A stretch of 64,000 nt of DNA. Origin: Candidatus Poribacteria bacterium. Its GTDB lineage: Bacteria; Poribacteria; WGA-4E; WGA-3G. Under the pieces are notes generated by a model. The model was not told the origin of the DNA. It did no database searches and saw only the letters and a program-made list of their open reading frames with translations. This document shows positions 1-9,900 of this stretch, piece by piece. Every line of letters starts with the position of its first letter. Position 1 is the first letter of the stretch. The stretch spans positions 1,811,600-1,875,599 of the forward strand of contig OZ242310.1 of the NCBI GenBank assembly GCA_965207855.1. Reading direction: 5' to 3'. Position numbers and translations under genes: made by a program.

Positions 1-354
1 GGGTGGATCGAACGTCGCTTCTGCGATACCTAACGCACCTTCGTCCGTGACACTCTGGTGTAGCAGAAGACTGCCATCGTTTTCAACGGTTATCAAATAT
101 GTGTCAGTGACGCTTACGTCTGTTCCGAGTGCCGCATTGGTGACTTTTAGTGCGCTAAGTCCTTCAACACCCGTCTGCTCAGGGACCTCAAGCGTATAGG
201 TCCGCTTCTCACTGCCATCGACACTCAAGAAGACCCAAGTATTACCGACTTCTGCCGGATAATAGTTTGCTGCTGCAACTGTGAATCCAAAACAACATAT
301 AAGGCTAAATATCGAAACTGCCTTCAAACAAGGCACACATTTGGTAAACTTCAT
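1..354 (-). CDS. Secreted hypothetical protein, N-terminal part (gene continues beyond window edge)
   Basis: ATG at 352-354 (complement) preceded by AAGGAG; hydrophobic signal peptide MKFTKCVPCLKAVSIFSLICCFGFTVAAA; open to position 1 in frame. Confidence 0.5.
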   Translation of the reverse strand, partial: MKFTKCVPCLKAVSIFSLICCFGFTVAAANYYPAEVGNTWVFLSVDGSEKRTYTLEVPEQTGVEGLSALKVTNAALGTDVSVTDTYLITVENDGSLLLHQSVTDEGALGIAEATFDPP

Positions 355-405
355 TTTCTAAATCTCCTTTTTTCAGAAAACAGAATGCTAAAACAACTCG
401 TATAC

Positions 406-3400
406 CTACTTCCGAATCAGCATCTTCCGCGTTGATGTGAAATCGTCTGCTTTTAAAGTATAGAAATAGATACCACTCGCAACAGGTTCACCGACGTTAT
501 TTCTGCCATCCCAGTATGCCGCACGGCTACGACTCTGATAGATACCCGCAGGCATCAGCCCTAACGCCAACGTCCGAATCTTGGTGCCATTGACAGCATA
601 AATCGTCAAGGTAACCTTCGCAGGTTCGGAGAGCTGATACGGTATCCACGTCTCCGGATTGAAGGGGTTCGGATAGTTTGGCAACAGTGCTGTCTCTTCT
701 GGGATTAACAATGCTAAGAGACTTTGCAGGTAAGCAATGCCCTGTCGGAAGATAACAGAACCGTCATCTTCAATCTGGGCAAGTTTTATCCATGCCTGTA
801 TCATCGCAGGATCCAACCCCTCTACACTGTTCATAACAAGCATCGAAGGCGACGCTGCTACCGTTGACTCACCGAGATGTTGAGCAACAACGACGAGATC
901 CAAGATACTGATACTCCCATCACCGTTGACATCTGTTCGGGTGCCAGAGGACACTGCCTTTCCAAGGTCTTGTGCGATGAGAATCAAATCTAAAATGTTC
1001 ACGTGCCCATCGGTATTGACATCCCAACGCAGTCGGTGCTGCACTGCCAAAGCAACTTCATGAGGGCCAGCAGGGATTGCGCGACCTGTGACATCACCGA
1101 ATCGAAAGTTATTGAGCGTTATTTGTGTTTCACCCCCGGCTTTTGCTGCAAAGGTTACCGAGAGCAGCAGCCCTGTGCCACTGACCCCGTTTTTATTCTC
1201 TTGTGTTTCACTGAGACCTATAATCCTGCCCGTCCGATTATTAATCCTTCCTTTCTGAAATCGGGTTGCTTCCCCTGCCGACCCGAGAAAATAGCCTTTT
1301 CGGACTTCAGTTGCTTCAAGGTGTGCGGGATCAAAGTCGATGTCAAACTTCCATCCTGTTAAATCGGTTGCATCCTCTGCGTAGATGTCAAGTGTGAACG
1401 TATCACCTGTAGAGATCTCAACATTGGGCAGGACGTATCCGATGCCAGCAAAAGGTCGCACGGTATATTCCGCATCCGCTTGGAATCCAAAAAAGCCACT
1501 CCATCCGCCAGTTCGGTTTTCAACAGCGACTAATAATGTATTTCTTCCCTGTTTTAGGGTGACTGGGAAAGAGCTCTGGTAATTAGAGGCACCCCGCCCA
1601 GCGATCTCCTCACGAACAAGTTCGCCGTTGAGCCAGACCTTGACGCTGTCATCGCTGCCAACAAACATCCTTGTGTTCTGTTCTTTCGGTGTATTTAAGG
1701 CGATGAAGCCGTAAATGACACGGTCGTTTCCGTTCCAACCGAGAGATCTCGTCATATCGGTGATATTATTTCCACCGCGCTCGGAAATTTTCAGAGGTGT
1801 CCAAATATAGTCACCAAAGGTGTCTCCCGGTGCTACACCGGTAGTTGCGATGCGTTGTTCTGTAACATTACCACCACTCGCTTTCGCCAGCAGGTCTGTG
1901 GTTTTGTCAAGACGTTCATCCGGCACCAGCACCCATAGCCACGGACCGACTATTTTCGGACCGCCGCTATTTGGATCAACAGAGCGTGTGTCGGTGGTCT
2001 CAGTCTTCGCTAAAGCAGGGAGCATGTGTTCAAAAAACGCGCTATGCTCGTCTTTGGCGGCATCTACCCATGTGGGGAGTACTCCCAATCGTCGCTGGAG
2101 TTGTGCCTCGTAAAGGGAATCAGGAGAGACGTGGGTTCCGAATCCCTCGATGTAGGCATTGCGGGGAATAGCCCCCCCGAGCGTTTTGTATCCGATCAGG
2201 TTGCCCTGCGTGACCGCAAAACTCCCTCCACTGGGGGTCCATAGGTTAAAGGTGCTGCTATCGGCAACGTTGTTGTTCCAGCGGGTGTATCCATCGAGAT
2301 GATGTGGCAAGTTCCCTGGTGCCCCGCCGCACGCCTGATGGTTGTTGCTATTGTAATTATCGAACAGCGTATGACGAGGCTGTGCACCGTGCGTATCAGG
2401 ACCGTTTGTGGCGGGACCCTCAACATGCCATACAACGCATCCTGCCGAGTAGTGCGACACAGCCGCACCATGCCACATACCTCTGTCCGAATAATCCTCT
2501 AAGAAAGCATTAAAGCAATATGTTGAATAAGTAATAGTACCTAAGTTATGTCCAAACCTACCATCAACTATATTGCTAAGTGCCGAGCTACTATAAGACG
2601 CATGAATGCTAAATGTATCAATAACATTTGAAAACCTGCAACGCCGAATCCATGAATGGGCAGTATGCCAGAGCATGATACCGCCCCGTCCCTCTTGAAC
2701 AAGATGCTCGTAAGTTTCCTGTAGGTTGCCGTCTATGTGCAAGTCTTCAAAACCAATGCCGATCGTCATATCTCGCCAGTTGACGTTGAAGTTTGAATTG
2801 AGATGGGTCAGCACTGGTGCTTTGACATAAACCCGGTCTCCGACGATACGGTCAATTTCATGAATTTCGTTTACGTCAATGCCGTCTCGGATGTTCGTGT
2901 ATGCCTCAGACATCTCTGTCGTTGGTCGGGAAGAATATTGATGCCAGTCGTCTCCGAGCAGTCCATTCGCTCGGATTTCGATGAACCTGCGGTTTCTAAG
3001 ATGGCTGACATTCTCTACATCAAAGTGTCGTGTTCCCCTTGGGAAGGAGCCTTTGACGCGGGTAGACGAACCTTGACCGTTTGACCGCCAACGGGTCTTA
3101 AACAAATGCAGACCGTTTGTCAAGTCGTTGTGCATCTTGATGGTAGTTCCACCAGAGGCGGCACCTTCTGCGCCGCTGCCTCGAACGATGACGTTGTCCC
3201 CTGATACGATGATCTGGTCCGTCGGTTCACCGTCAAGGAGGACATCATAGTGTCCAGGTGGGAAAAACACAATACCGCCTTGGTGACCGGTATAAGCAGC
3301 ATCAAGGGCAGCTTTGATGCCCTCAGTGTCTGATTTCTCGTCATCCGGGACGGCTCCGTAATCGGTCACATCGAAAACTGTCACGGCAGAGACTTCGGGT

Positions 3401-3639
3401 ATTGCCGCCTCGCCGTTTTTGTAGCCTGTGTAGGAGTAGTCGATCAGATCAGGTGTTCCCGCAGGGACGGGTTCACCGATGAATTTTTTCCAGATGTTCG
3501 GCGTGATTTGTGCTGAGGCAAGCGGCAACAAGAGCAGGAACAACGATGCGGCGACTGACCAATTTCTCACTTTGTTAATCATCATTTGTTTGTTCTCCTT
3601 TCTTGAGATAGGTAAGGTAAAAGCAGAAAGTACCAACAA
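406..3639 (-). CDS. Large secreted multidomain protein with a right-handed beta-helix (pectate-lyase-3/GH28-like) N-domain, PA14-like domain, cohesin-like domain, two dockerin-type repeats and a Por/T9SS-type C-terminal sorting domain
   Basis: 1077-aa ORF. Signal peptide LLLLPLASAQ. 'VTDYGAVPDD...GGIVFFPPGHY' beta-helix N-terminus. 'VKVWLNGELV...LKQGRNTLLVAVEN' PA14-like. 'DVNTDGHVNILDLILIAQ' and 'DVNGDGSISILDLVVVAQ' dockerin repeats. C-terminal 'LLPNYPNPFNPETWIPYQL...YWDGRN...SGIYFYTL'. Confidence 0.75.
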   Translation of the reverse strand: MLVLSAFTLPISRKENKQMMINKVRNWSVAASLFLLLLPLASAQITPNIWKKFIGEPVPAGTPDLIDYSYTGYKNGEAAIPEVSAVTVFDVTDYGAVPDDEKSDTEGIKAALDAAYTGHQGGIVFFPPGHYDVLLDGEPTDQIIVSGDNVIVRGSGAEGAASGGTTIKMHNDLTNGLHLFKTRWRSNGQGSSTRVKGSFPRGTRHFDVENVSHLRNRRFIEIRANGLLGDDWHQYSSRPTTEMSEAYTNIRDGIDVNEIHEIDRIVGDRVYVKAPVLTHLNSNFNVNWRDMTIGIGFEDLHIDGNLQETYEHLVQEGRGGIMLWHTAHSWIRRCRFSNVIDTFSIHASYSSSALSNIVDGRFGHNLGTITYSTYCFNAFLEDYSDRGMWHGAAVSHYSAGCVVWHVEGPATNGPDTHGAQPRHTLFDNYNSNNHQACGGAPGNLPHHLDGYTRWNNNVADSSTFNLWTPSGGSFAVTQGNLIGYKTLGGAIPRNAYIEGFGTHVSPDSLYEAQLQRRLGVLPTWVDAAKDEHSAFFEHMLPALAKTETTDTRSVDPNSGGPKIVGPWLWVLVPDERLDKTTDLLAKASGGNVTEQRIATTGVAPGDTFGDYIWTPLKISERGGNNITDMTRSLGWNGNDRVIYGFIALNTPKEQNTRMFVGSDDSVKVWLNGELVREEIAGRGASNYQSSFPVTLKQGRNTLLVAVENRTGGWSGFFGFQADAEYTVRPFAGIGYVLPNVEISTGDTFTLDIYAEDATDLTGWKFDIDFDPAHLEATEVRKGYFLGSAGEATRFQKGRINNRTGRIIGLSETQENKNGVSGTGLLLSVTFAAKAGGETQITLNNFRFGDVTGRAIPAGPHEVALAVQHRLRWDVNTDGHVNILDLILIAQDLGKAVSSGTRTDVNGDGSISILDLVVVAQHLGESTVAASPSMLVMNSVEGLDPAMIQAWIKLAQIEDDGSVIFRQGIAYLQSLLALLIPEETALLPNYPNPFNPETWIPYQLSEPAKVTLTIYAVNGTKIRTLALGLMPAGIYQSRSRAAYWDGRNNVGEPVASGIYFYTLKADDFTSTRKMLIRK

Positions 3640-4080
3640 TCTGGGGAAATTCCCAGAGAAAATGCGTAAGTCCGATTATTAACAAAACGGACGTAATCAT
3701 CATCCAAATCGAGAGAATCATCATCGAAACCAAGATAAACAGTATTAAGACATATTTTTTTTAAATAAATAATAAATTTAATATTGACTTAATACCTATA
3801 TAAAATATAATTATGCCACAATTTAATTTAATTCACAAGTTAAATTTTATGTGAATTCCGAGTGATCAGAAATCCAGATGATGTTTAATCTCAATGTCGG
3901 ATGTGCTTGTGATTGGAAGATTATTGTGCTGTCAACTATGGCGAAATTTTACAACTTTGACTCACGTCTAAACCTCTTATCAAGGGGGATCTGACATATT
4001 GTTTTTTATCTTAAAATAAACAGTTGAGGACCTCGTCTTTTTGGCAAACACGACACCTTATCATTTTATCATTTTAAAGT

Positions 4081-4223
4081 AGGACTTACGCATTTCGTCT
4101 TAAAGTCCCCCTACCCCCTGATAAGGGGGGATATGGGGGGTTGGGGATTTAGGGGGTTAAAATAGCGAATTCTCAGCCTATGTGCTAAATTTGCGTAAGT
4201 CCTGTTAATTTGCGTAAGTCCTG
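4081..4223. mobile_element. MITE-like nonautonomous element, copy 1: 12-bp terminal inverted repeats AGGACTTACGCA/TGCGTAAGTCCT, right terminus tandemly duplicated, flanked by TTAAAGT on both sides
   Basis: Terminal inverted repeats read directly. Body shares 'cttaaagtccccct...gataagggg...tagggggttaaaatag.ga.ttctca.cctatgtgctaaatttgcgtaagtcctg' with 24670-24803. Flanking TTAAAGT repeat. Confidence 0.6.
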
Positions 4224-4359
4224 TTAAAGTAGAAACGCAGCGGTGTTAGAGTTGTGCTATCCATGTGAAGGTGGCACTGTGTTTTAAAAGCTGAAATGCC
4301 TCGCAGCGAGCGCATTTCGTTTTATCTGTTTTATCTATTGAAACTAAAGGAGATTTCAA

Positions 4360-5520
4360 ATGAATTTAAGAAAAATGGCAACGTTGGCATTTGTGGGTCT
4401 GCTCAGTGCTTTAACGATTCTGTTTTCGGGTTGCCAGCGGATGGCACCGGTGGTGCGTGATACCCAAACCATGCCGGTAATGGCTGAAGACATTCCTATC
4501 GGTATAGCCATCTCACTGACGGGACCTTTCGCCGAACCGTATGGGTTACCGATGCAACGCGGTCTTGAGTTGGCGCGTCAAGAGATTAATATGCGCAGCG
4601 ATACGCACCTGACGTTTATCACTGTGGACGCAGAAAGCACCCCAGCAGGTTCTGTTGCAGCCGTTGATCACTTGGTCGATCAAGGTGTTCCCGCTATCGT
4701 CGGGATCGGTATTTCAACGCATCTTGAGCAAGCTTTTCCGATAGCTCAGCGCAATGGTGTTGTCGCTTTTAGTCCGATCTCCTCGGCGACGGGCCTCAGC
4801 GCACTTGGCGATTATATCTTCCGTGCCGGTCTCACTGTGGGTGTGCTGAACTCAGATTGTACGGTCGTGACACACCAGATACTCAAGTATAAAACAGCGG
4901 CGCTGATATATGATATCTCGGACACTTACTCGAGAAGTAGCAACGCGACGTTTGAGGAAACGCTTGAGATACTCGGTGTCGAGATCCTAACGGTGGAAAC
5001 CTTTCGTTCGGGTGAAACCAATTTTTCTGAGCAACTCAGCAATATCAAGCGTCTGGCACCTGAAGCCGTCTTTGTCTCTACGCTCGCACCAGAGATGCCG
5101 AAGATTATAGCGCAAGCGCGGGAAATCGGGATCCCTGATGATGTTCACATTATCGTTCCTGATTTGACCAGAGACGAAGTTCAGAAAGCGGGACTTGCCG
5201 CCGAAGGTGTGATCACTTTTAGTGGGTGGTATAGTATGGCGGAGACACCTGGGAACCAAGCCTTCGTTAGCAACTATAAAGCGACGTACGGTATTGCGCC
5301 TGAACGCTGGGCAGCAGAAGCGTATGCAACACTGTATATTCTCGCTAACGCCATCGACAACGCCGGCTCGATGGACGCTGCGGCGATTCGCGATGCCTTG
5401 GCAGAGACGTGGGAGTATCCGACGATTTTAGGCAATTTCTCTTTCGACCCCGATGGTGAGGCAATATATGATCCGAATGTATTTATCGTCGAAGACGGAG
5501 AACTTCAGCTTTTTCAGTAG
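4360..5520 (+). CDS. ABC-transporter substrate-binding lipoprotein, PBP type 1 (LivK/branched-chain amino acid-binding family)
   Basis: 386 aa; lipobox LTILFSGC; family-typical 'AIVGIG...NGVVAFSPISSATGLS...IFRAG' pattern; RBS AAAGGAGA. Confidence 0.8.
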   Translation: MNLRKMATLAFVGLLSALTILFSGCQRMAPVVRDTQTMPVMAEDIPIGIAISLTGPFAEPYGLPMQRGLELARQEINMRSDTHLTFITVDAESTPAGSVAAVDHLVDQGVPAIVGIGISTHLEQAFPIAQRNGVVAFSPISSATGLSALGDYIFRAGLTVGVLNSDCTVVTHQILKYKTAALIYDISDTYSRSSNATFEETLEILGVEILTVETFRSGETNFSEQLSNIKRLAPEAVFVSTLAPEMPKIIAQAREIGIPDDVHIIVPDLTRDEVQKAGLAAEGVITFSGWYSMAETPGNQAFVSNYKATYGIAPERWAAEAYATLYILANAIDNAGSMDAAAIRDALAETWEYPTILGNFSFDPDGEAIYDPNVFIVEDGELQLFQ

Positions 5521-5638
5521 CATTAGTATCCGATGAATATAGGCAGGGCCTTTGCGATCGTAATGGGTGTGGGACAACGCGATTAGGCGAAATTTCCGCG
5601 AGTCCCACCCCCTTATTATCACTAAGCCCATAACAACA

Positions 5639-5670
5639 AAGGGGTGCTTGCGAAATCGCAGCACCCCTTC
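5639..5670. other. Near-perfect 12-bp-arm palindrome/hairpin between the two PBP1 paralogs
   Basis: aaaggggtgcttgcgaaatcgcagcaccccttc read directly. Lies inside the ORF-finder's N-terminal extension of the second PBP gene, which argues for the ATG at 5678 as the real start. Confidence 0.5.
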
Positions 5671-5677
5671 TAAGAAC

Positions 5678-6871
5678 ATGGAGAAGATTTTGAACGCTAA
5701 ATTTTTCGCTTTTACATTCCTTTTTGCTATTGCTCTGTTTCTCGTGGCTATGATGGGTTGCGAACGCATGGCAAAGGTTACCCATCCTATGACGCAGCGA
5801 GAAAGTCTGAGCAAAGAGGTCAGTATTGGTATTGTCCTACCACAGACAGGATACTTGGGACCGACTGAATTCGGTCCGGGTGCTTTGGTAATGGAGAATG
5901 GTTTTAACTTGGCACTTGAAGAGATCTACGCATCAGAAATGCCCGGTGATATAAGGTTCAAATTCATCGTTGAAGACGATATGAGCACTGTGGAGGGGGC
6001 GATTGCGGCCTTCAATAAGTTGATTCATCAAGACAAAGTCCCTGTTATTCTCGGGGTCTGGACATCACACGTTGCGCGTCATGTTTTTCCAATAGCACAG
6101 GAGAACGGAGTAGTTGCTTTTTCCCCTGTCGTTATCGCCACTGGCTTGACGGAGATAGGTGATTTTATTTTCCGTGCGAGTCATACGGCAAACCAACTGC
6201 TGCCTGAAGGGGTCAAGGCAACACACGAGAGACTTGGATATCAGCGGGTGGCGATGATCGCGGATAGTGTTGATTTAGCCTCTCGCAATGCCGATGAAGT
6301 GTTTAAGAAAACACTCACTCAAAACGGTGTTCGAGTGCTGACTACGGAGACTTTTGAAACCGGTGATACCGACTTTTCTGCTCAATTAACTCGGATAAAA
6401 GCGTCGAATCCGGAAGCGATTTTCGTTTCAGCGCAACAGATAGAGACGATTCACATTCTTAGGCAAGCGCGAGAAATCGGCATACCTAAAGATAAGCCGT
6501 TTATTTGTTTTATCCTCTCTATAGACGAAATCCAAAAATTAGGAGATGCCGCCGAGGGAGCGATAACTTTTACGGATTGGGTCAGCACGCAGGATACACC
6601 GGGAAATCGGGCTTTCGTTGAGAATTATACGGCGAAATACGGTATGGAACCCAGTGTCTGGGCTGCACAGCCGTATGCGGCTGTCTATATCCTCGCCGAA
6701 GCCATCAAAAATGCAGCATCCACCGATTCAGTAGGCATTCGGGACGCGCTCACTGAGATTAAAGATTTCGACACCATCTTAGGGAAGTTTTCTTTTGATG
6801 CCACAGGAGACGCTATTTATGATCCGGTTATCCTGATTGTTAAAGATGGCAAACTTCAGCACCTTGAGTAG
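5678..6871 (+). CDS. ABC-transporter substrate-binding lipoprotein, PBP type 1, tandem paralog of 4360-5520
   Basis: Internal ATG with signal peptide MEKILNAKFFAFTFLFAIALFLVAMMGC; collinear similarity to upstream paralog (ILGVWTSHVA / NGVVAFSPVVIATGLT / IFRASHTANQ). Confidence 0.8.
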   Translation: MEKILNAKFFAFTFLFAIALFLVAMMGCERMAKVTHPMTQRESLSKEVSIGIVLPQTGYLGPTEFGPGALVMENGFNLALEEIYASEMPGDIRFKFIVEDDMSTVEGAIAAFNKLIHQDKVPVILGVWTSHVARHVFPIAQENGVVAFSPVVIATGLTEIGDFIFRASHTANQLLPEGVKATHERLGYQRVAMIADSVDLASRNADEVFKKTLTQNGVRVLTTETFETGDTDFSAQLTRIKASNPEAIFVSAQQIETIHILRQAREIGIPKDKPFICFILSIDEIQKLGDAAEGAITFTDWVSTQDTPGNRAFVENYTAKYGMEPSVWAAQPYAAVYILAEAIKNAASTDSVGIRDALTEIKDFDTILGKFSFDATGDAIYDPVILIVKDGKLQHLE

Positions 6872-6903
6872 TCTTTGACGGGATAGGAACGATCCTCCAA
6901 GCC

Positions 6904-9900
6904 TTAGTGTGGATTCGGCGGAGATGTTTTTGGGAGTCTATAAACGCCCCGTCTGACTTTTTCGATCTCGCCGAGTTTTGTAAGTCGTGTGAGTTCCTTA
7001 TGTATTGCTTGTGGGTGCCCATCAATAGACGTTCTCATTTCAACCATTTCTTTCTCACCATCAGCCAGCAAAGACAAAATTTGTTCTCTGAAGGTTACGC
7101 GTGGGATGTTGCCGCCTCTGAGTTTCTTCAGCGTGCGGTTGGCTTGCCGTGAAGAGCATCCGAGTACACGTTCAACTTCAATTCTGGGGGTCTCGGCTGT
7201 TAGATTTTCGCGTTCGGCTTCAAACTGCTGGCGAACCGCGATTGTCTCTGTGAGTTTGTCAAGGCTGCCGGCTAACTCAAAATCTTCCCAATCGAAAAGA
7301 AGTGTTTCGGGTCTATCAGTGATGTTGGGAATTTCAAGGCTATTAATCAAAACAACCTTCTTATTGCGCAAGCGGTTCAATCCTGCCCGTCCGATAATCT
7401 CTGTGATTACGTCTGCAACGGTCTGTGTATAAATTCTCTGAATGCGTTCATCTTTATAGTGTTGGAACTCTATGTCTGCTTCATAACAAAGCGGTTCCTC
7501 ATCGTTCCCAAGTAAGATTTGCGCCCACCTCCACATGGCACCCGGTTCCCAATACGGCGTGCCAACGATCCAAACGACTTCTGCTGCTTCAAAAGCAGTC
7601 TCTAAATTGTTCTGGGTTTTAAATTCTGTCAATAAACAGACATTTTCTTTTTCTCTGATATCTCTCAATTGTTCTATGATTGGATCATAGGTAATGATAG
7701 CATGCTTAACGCTCGGATCCCTTTCAATCTCCGCACAGATACCGAGGAGAAAACGTTCTCCCATCTTAGACAACCCAATCACATCCCAAGTGCTGTCATA
7801 GTCTAACAGCGTTTTTAGGGTATGGACCCCAGACCGAATCTGAAAAACTTGGTTTCCTGTTACCCAAGGTGTCGGGCTGATATGGATAGTCTTGATTTCT
7901 TCATCTGGAAACGCTTTATGGAAATCTTGCTTAGACAACGTTGCTGACATCAAAAGCAGCCGCTTTATACCTGGGTGCAACACCGGTGGAACCCAAAACC
8001 ATAAAACATTGTTATACCATATCATCGGCGCATCGGCATCCCGGGAATAATGTGAAAGGAAACGCTTAAGTTGATGCCAAAACGTCCAGTTCGGATTCCG
8101 ATAGACGCTCGGAAATTCCCGAATCTTCTCGACTGTCCGCATATCCAAAATACCTAATCGGATTGCTTGTTCAATCGACATCGGGATCCTTACATCCTCG
8201 TCAAGCACAAAGGATTCGGGTTCAAAAATTGATAGTCCCCTCGCCATGAGTTTATCCGCAGTACTGATACTGAGAGGAATATGAGCGGAAACACCTCCTT
8301 CAAACTCAATAGTAAAACGCGACAATTCCTCTTCGGTCCCCTCATCAACGGTACTTTGCTCGATAACTCTACATCTCACATTGACTTGGCACATCTGTCT
8401 AATGAGTTCTGCTTCATGCTGTTGAAATGCTTCCGCCACCGTCCGGATCCGTTTGACAACAAGATTATCAGAGGTGTTTTCAATCTCCAAGGCGTACAAT
8501 AAAGTCCGCGCGAAGTTCCCCAACGCGCTTGTCTGCCAGTTTACACTCCACGCCTCTAATCTGTTCTTGGATATGTCACATTTCAAAAACATTTTATCCA
8601 TCTTCATTCCATCGATAATGTAAAGACGTTCTGTGTCATCAATCGGCTCAGGCAGGTCTTCTATCACTGCCAATTCTTGGGGATCCAAAAACGCTTGGGG
8701 GTGCCCAAATATTTGCGTTTTGGCACGTTGTAATTTAGGAGTCTGTGATAAGTAACCGCGCTCCTGACACGCTATATAAACGGGACACCCTGGACAGAGG
8801 ATTTTAGTCGAATCTACTTCCTTTTCCAGAAGTGCTATGAATCGCTCTGGATCCTCACAAACATTCCCGCGTTCAAAAGGGGTCTCCATCCGCGCCTCAA
8901 CGGGTATCTCCTTGACCTGATCCCATAGGAAACTTACGCGTCTCCAGCGGGCAACCGATGGTAAGTTTCGTCTTTGGAAGTGTCCCATCGCTTTTTCCAC
9001 TATTGTGAAGTCCGCACTAAAACTTGCTGCGTCTTCCCTGAGAAGATGTGATTCCACTTCATAGTTATGTCTTGCTCCCGTTTCGGCGACAAGTCCAATA
9101 ACACGGGCATCCGTGTGAAAGGCACTCTGTATCTGAGCGATATTCTTCTCAAGTGCCTCGTAAACCTTCTCGGTACCTTCTGGCTTCTGCAGCACAGAAG
9201 CGGGGCGTTTTATCCCCAATGGGCTAAGTTTTCCATCCCGCACGGAACGCACTTTCTCAGATACGGGCAATCCAGTCGCTCGGATCAGTGGCAGAATACC
9301 CGTATCGTCCCAGACATCTGTGATTCGCGTGTCCTCTGTAGGCAATCCAACACCCGACGTAGATGCCCGCAGCCATATCTCGCCATTGCGTTCCCATAGC
9401 AACACGTCTGTGCTGTCATCCCCAACAGGCTCTTTACGCCAGCAATGAAAACCGTTCTCGTTTCTGAGATAAGAAAATCCGCGTTTCAAAAACGCCTCTT
9501 TTGCAAGATCCAATTTATGCGATCCGAGCGATGGCGGCGGCGTGACAAGAACTTCCGAAGTAGATCCCGGTTTCTCTGTTCCAAGCAAATCGGGTTCGTG
9601 AAGTCTCTCCCGGAGTGTATCAATAGTTGTAAAGAGAACCTCTTTCGCAATCATGGGCGGATTCAACAGATCGCCTTGTAGGACCTCGTAACGCGCATCC
9701 CAAGGACTGTGCCCGGCTTCTCCAAGAATTTCAAGATATACATCCCGTTGATGCAGATTTTCCGATGTCGGCATGTCCTTGTAGATGTAAAACCTGTCAT
9801 GCTCGGTACCTGGATGCAGATAATCCGGGACTCTGCAAGAGAACCGCAACCCACCAGACTTTGTTAGCGTCAACAGTGGGTTTTTTGTAACACTAATAAG

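Noticed and set aside
1-75. tRNA-like 'GTTCGATCCACCC' at the window edge (minus strand)
   Set aside because: No acceptor-stem pairing or cloverleaf can be drawn; sequence is in frame within the partial secreted-protein ORF.
1003-3344. Many 60-120-aa ORFs on the plus strand inside the 406-3639 gene (1003..1362, 1820..2113, 2299..2513, 2803..3084 etc.)
   Set aside because: They overlap a long, well-supported minus-strand coding frame with clear domain content; these are typical shadow ORFs with no RBS or homology.
3720-3850. Extremely AT-rich (~85%) island upstream of the beta-helix gene as a possible horizontally acquired segment or ncRNA
   Set aside because: Likely just a curved/UP-element-rich promoter region for the large secreted-protein gene; no conserved structure or ORF visible.
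5567-5677. N-terminal extension of the second PBP1 gene (ORF-finder start 5567)
   Set aside because: The extension contains the 12-bp-arm palindrome 5639-5670 and lacks an RBS; the ATG at 5678 gives a canonical lipoprotein signal peptide.
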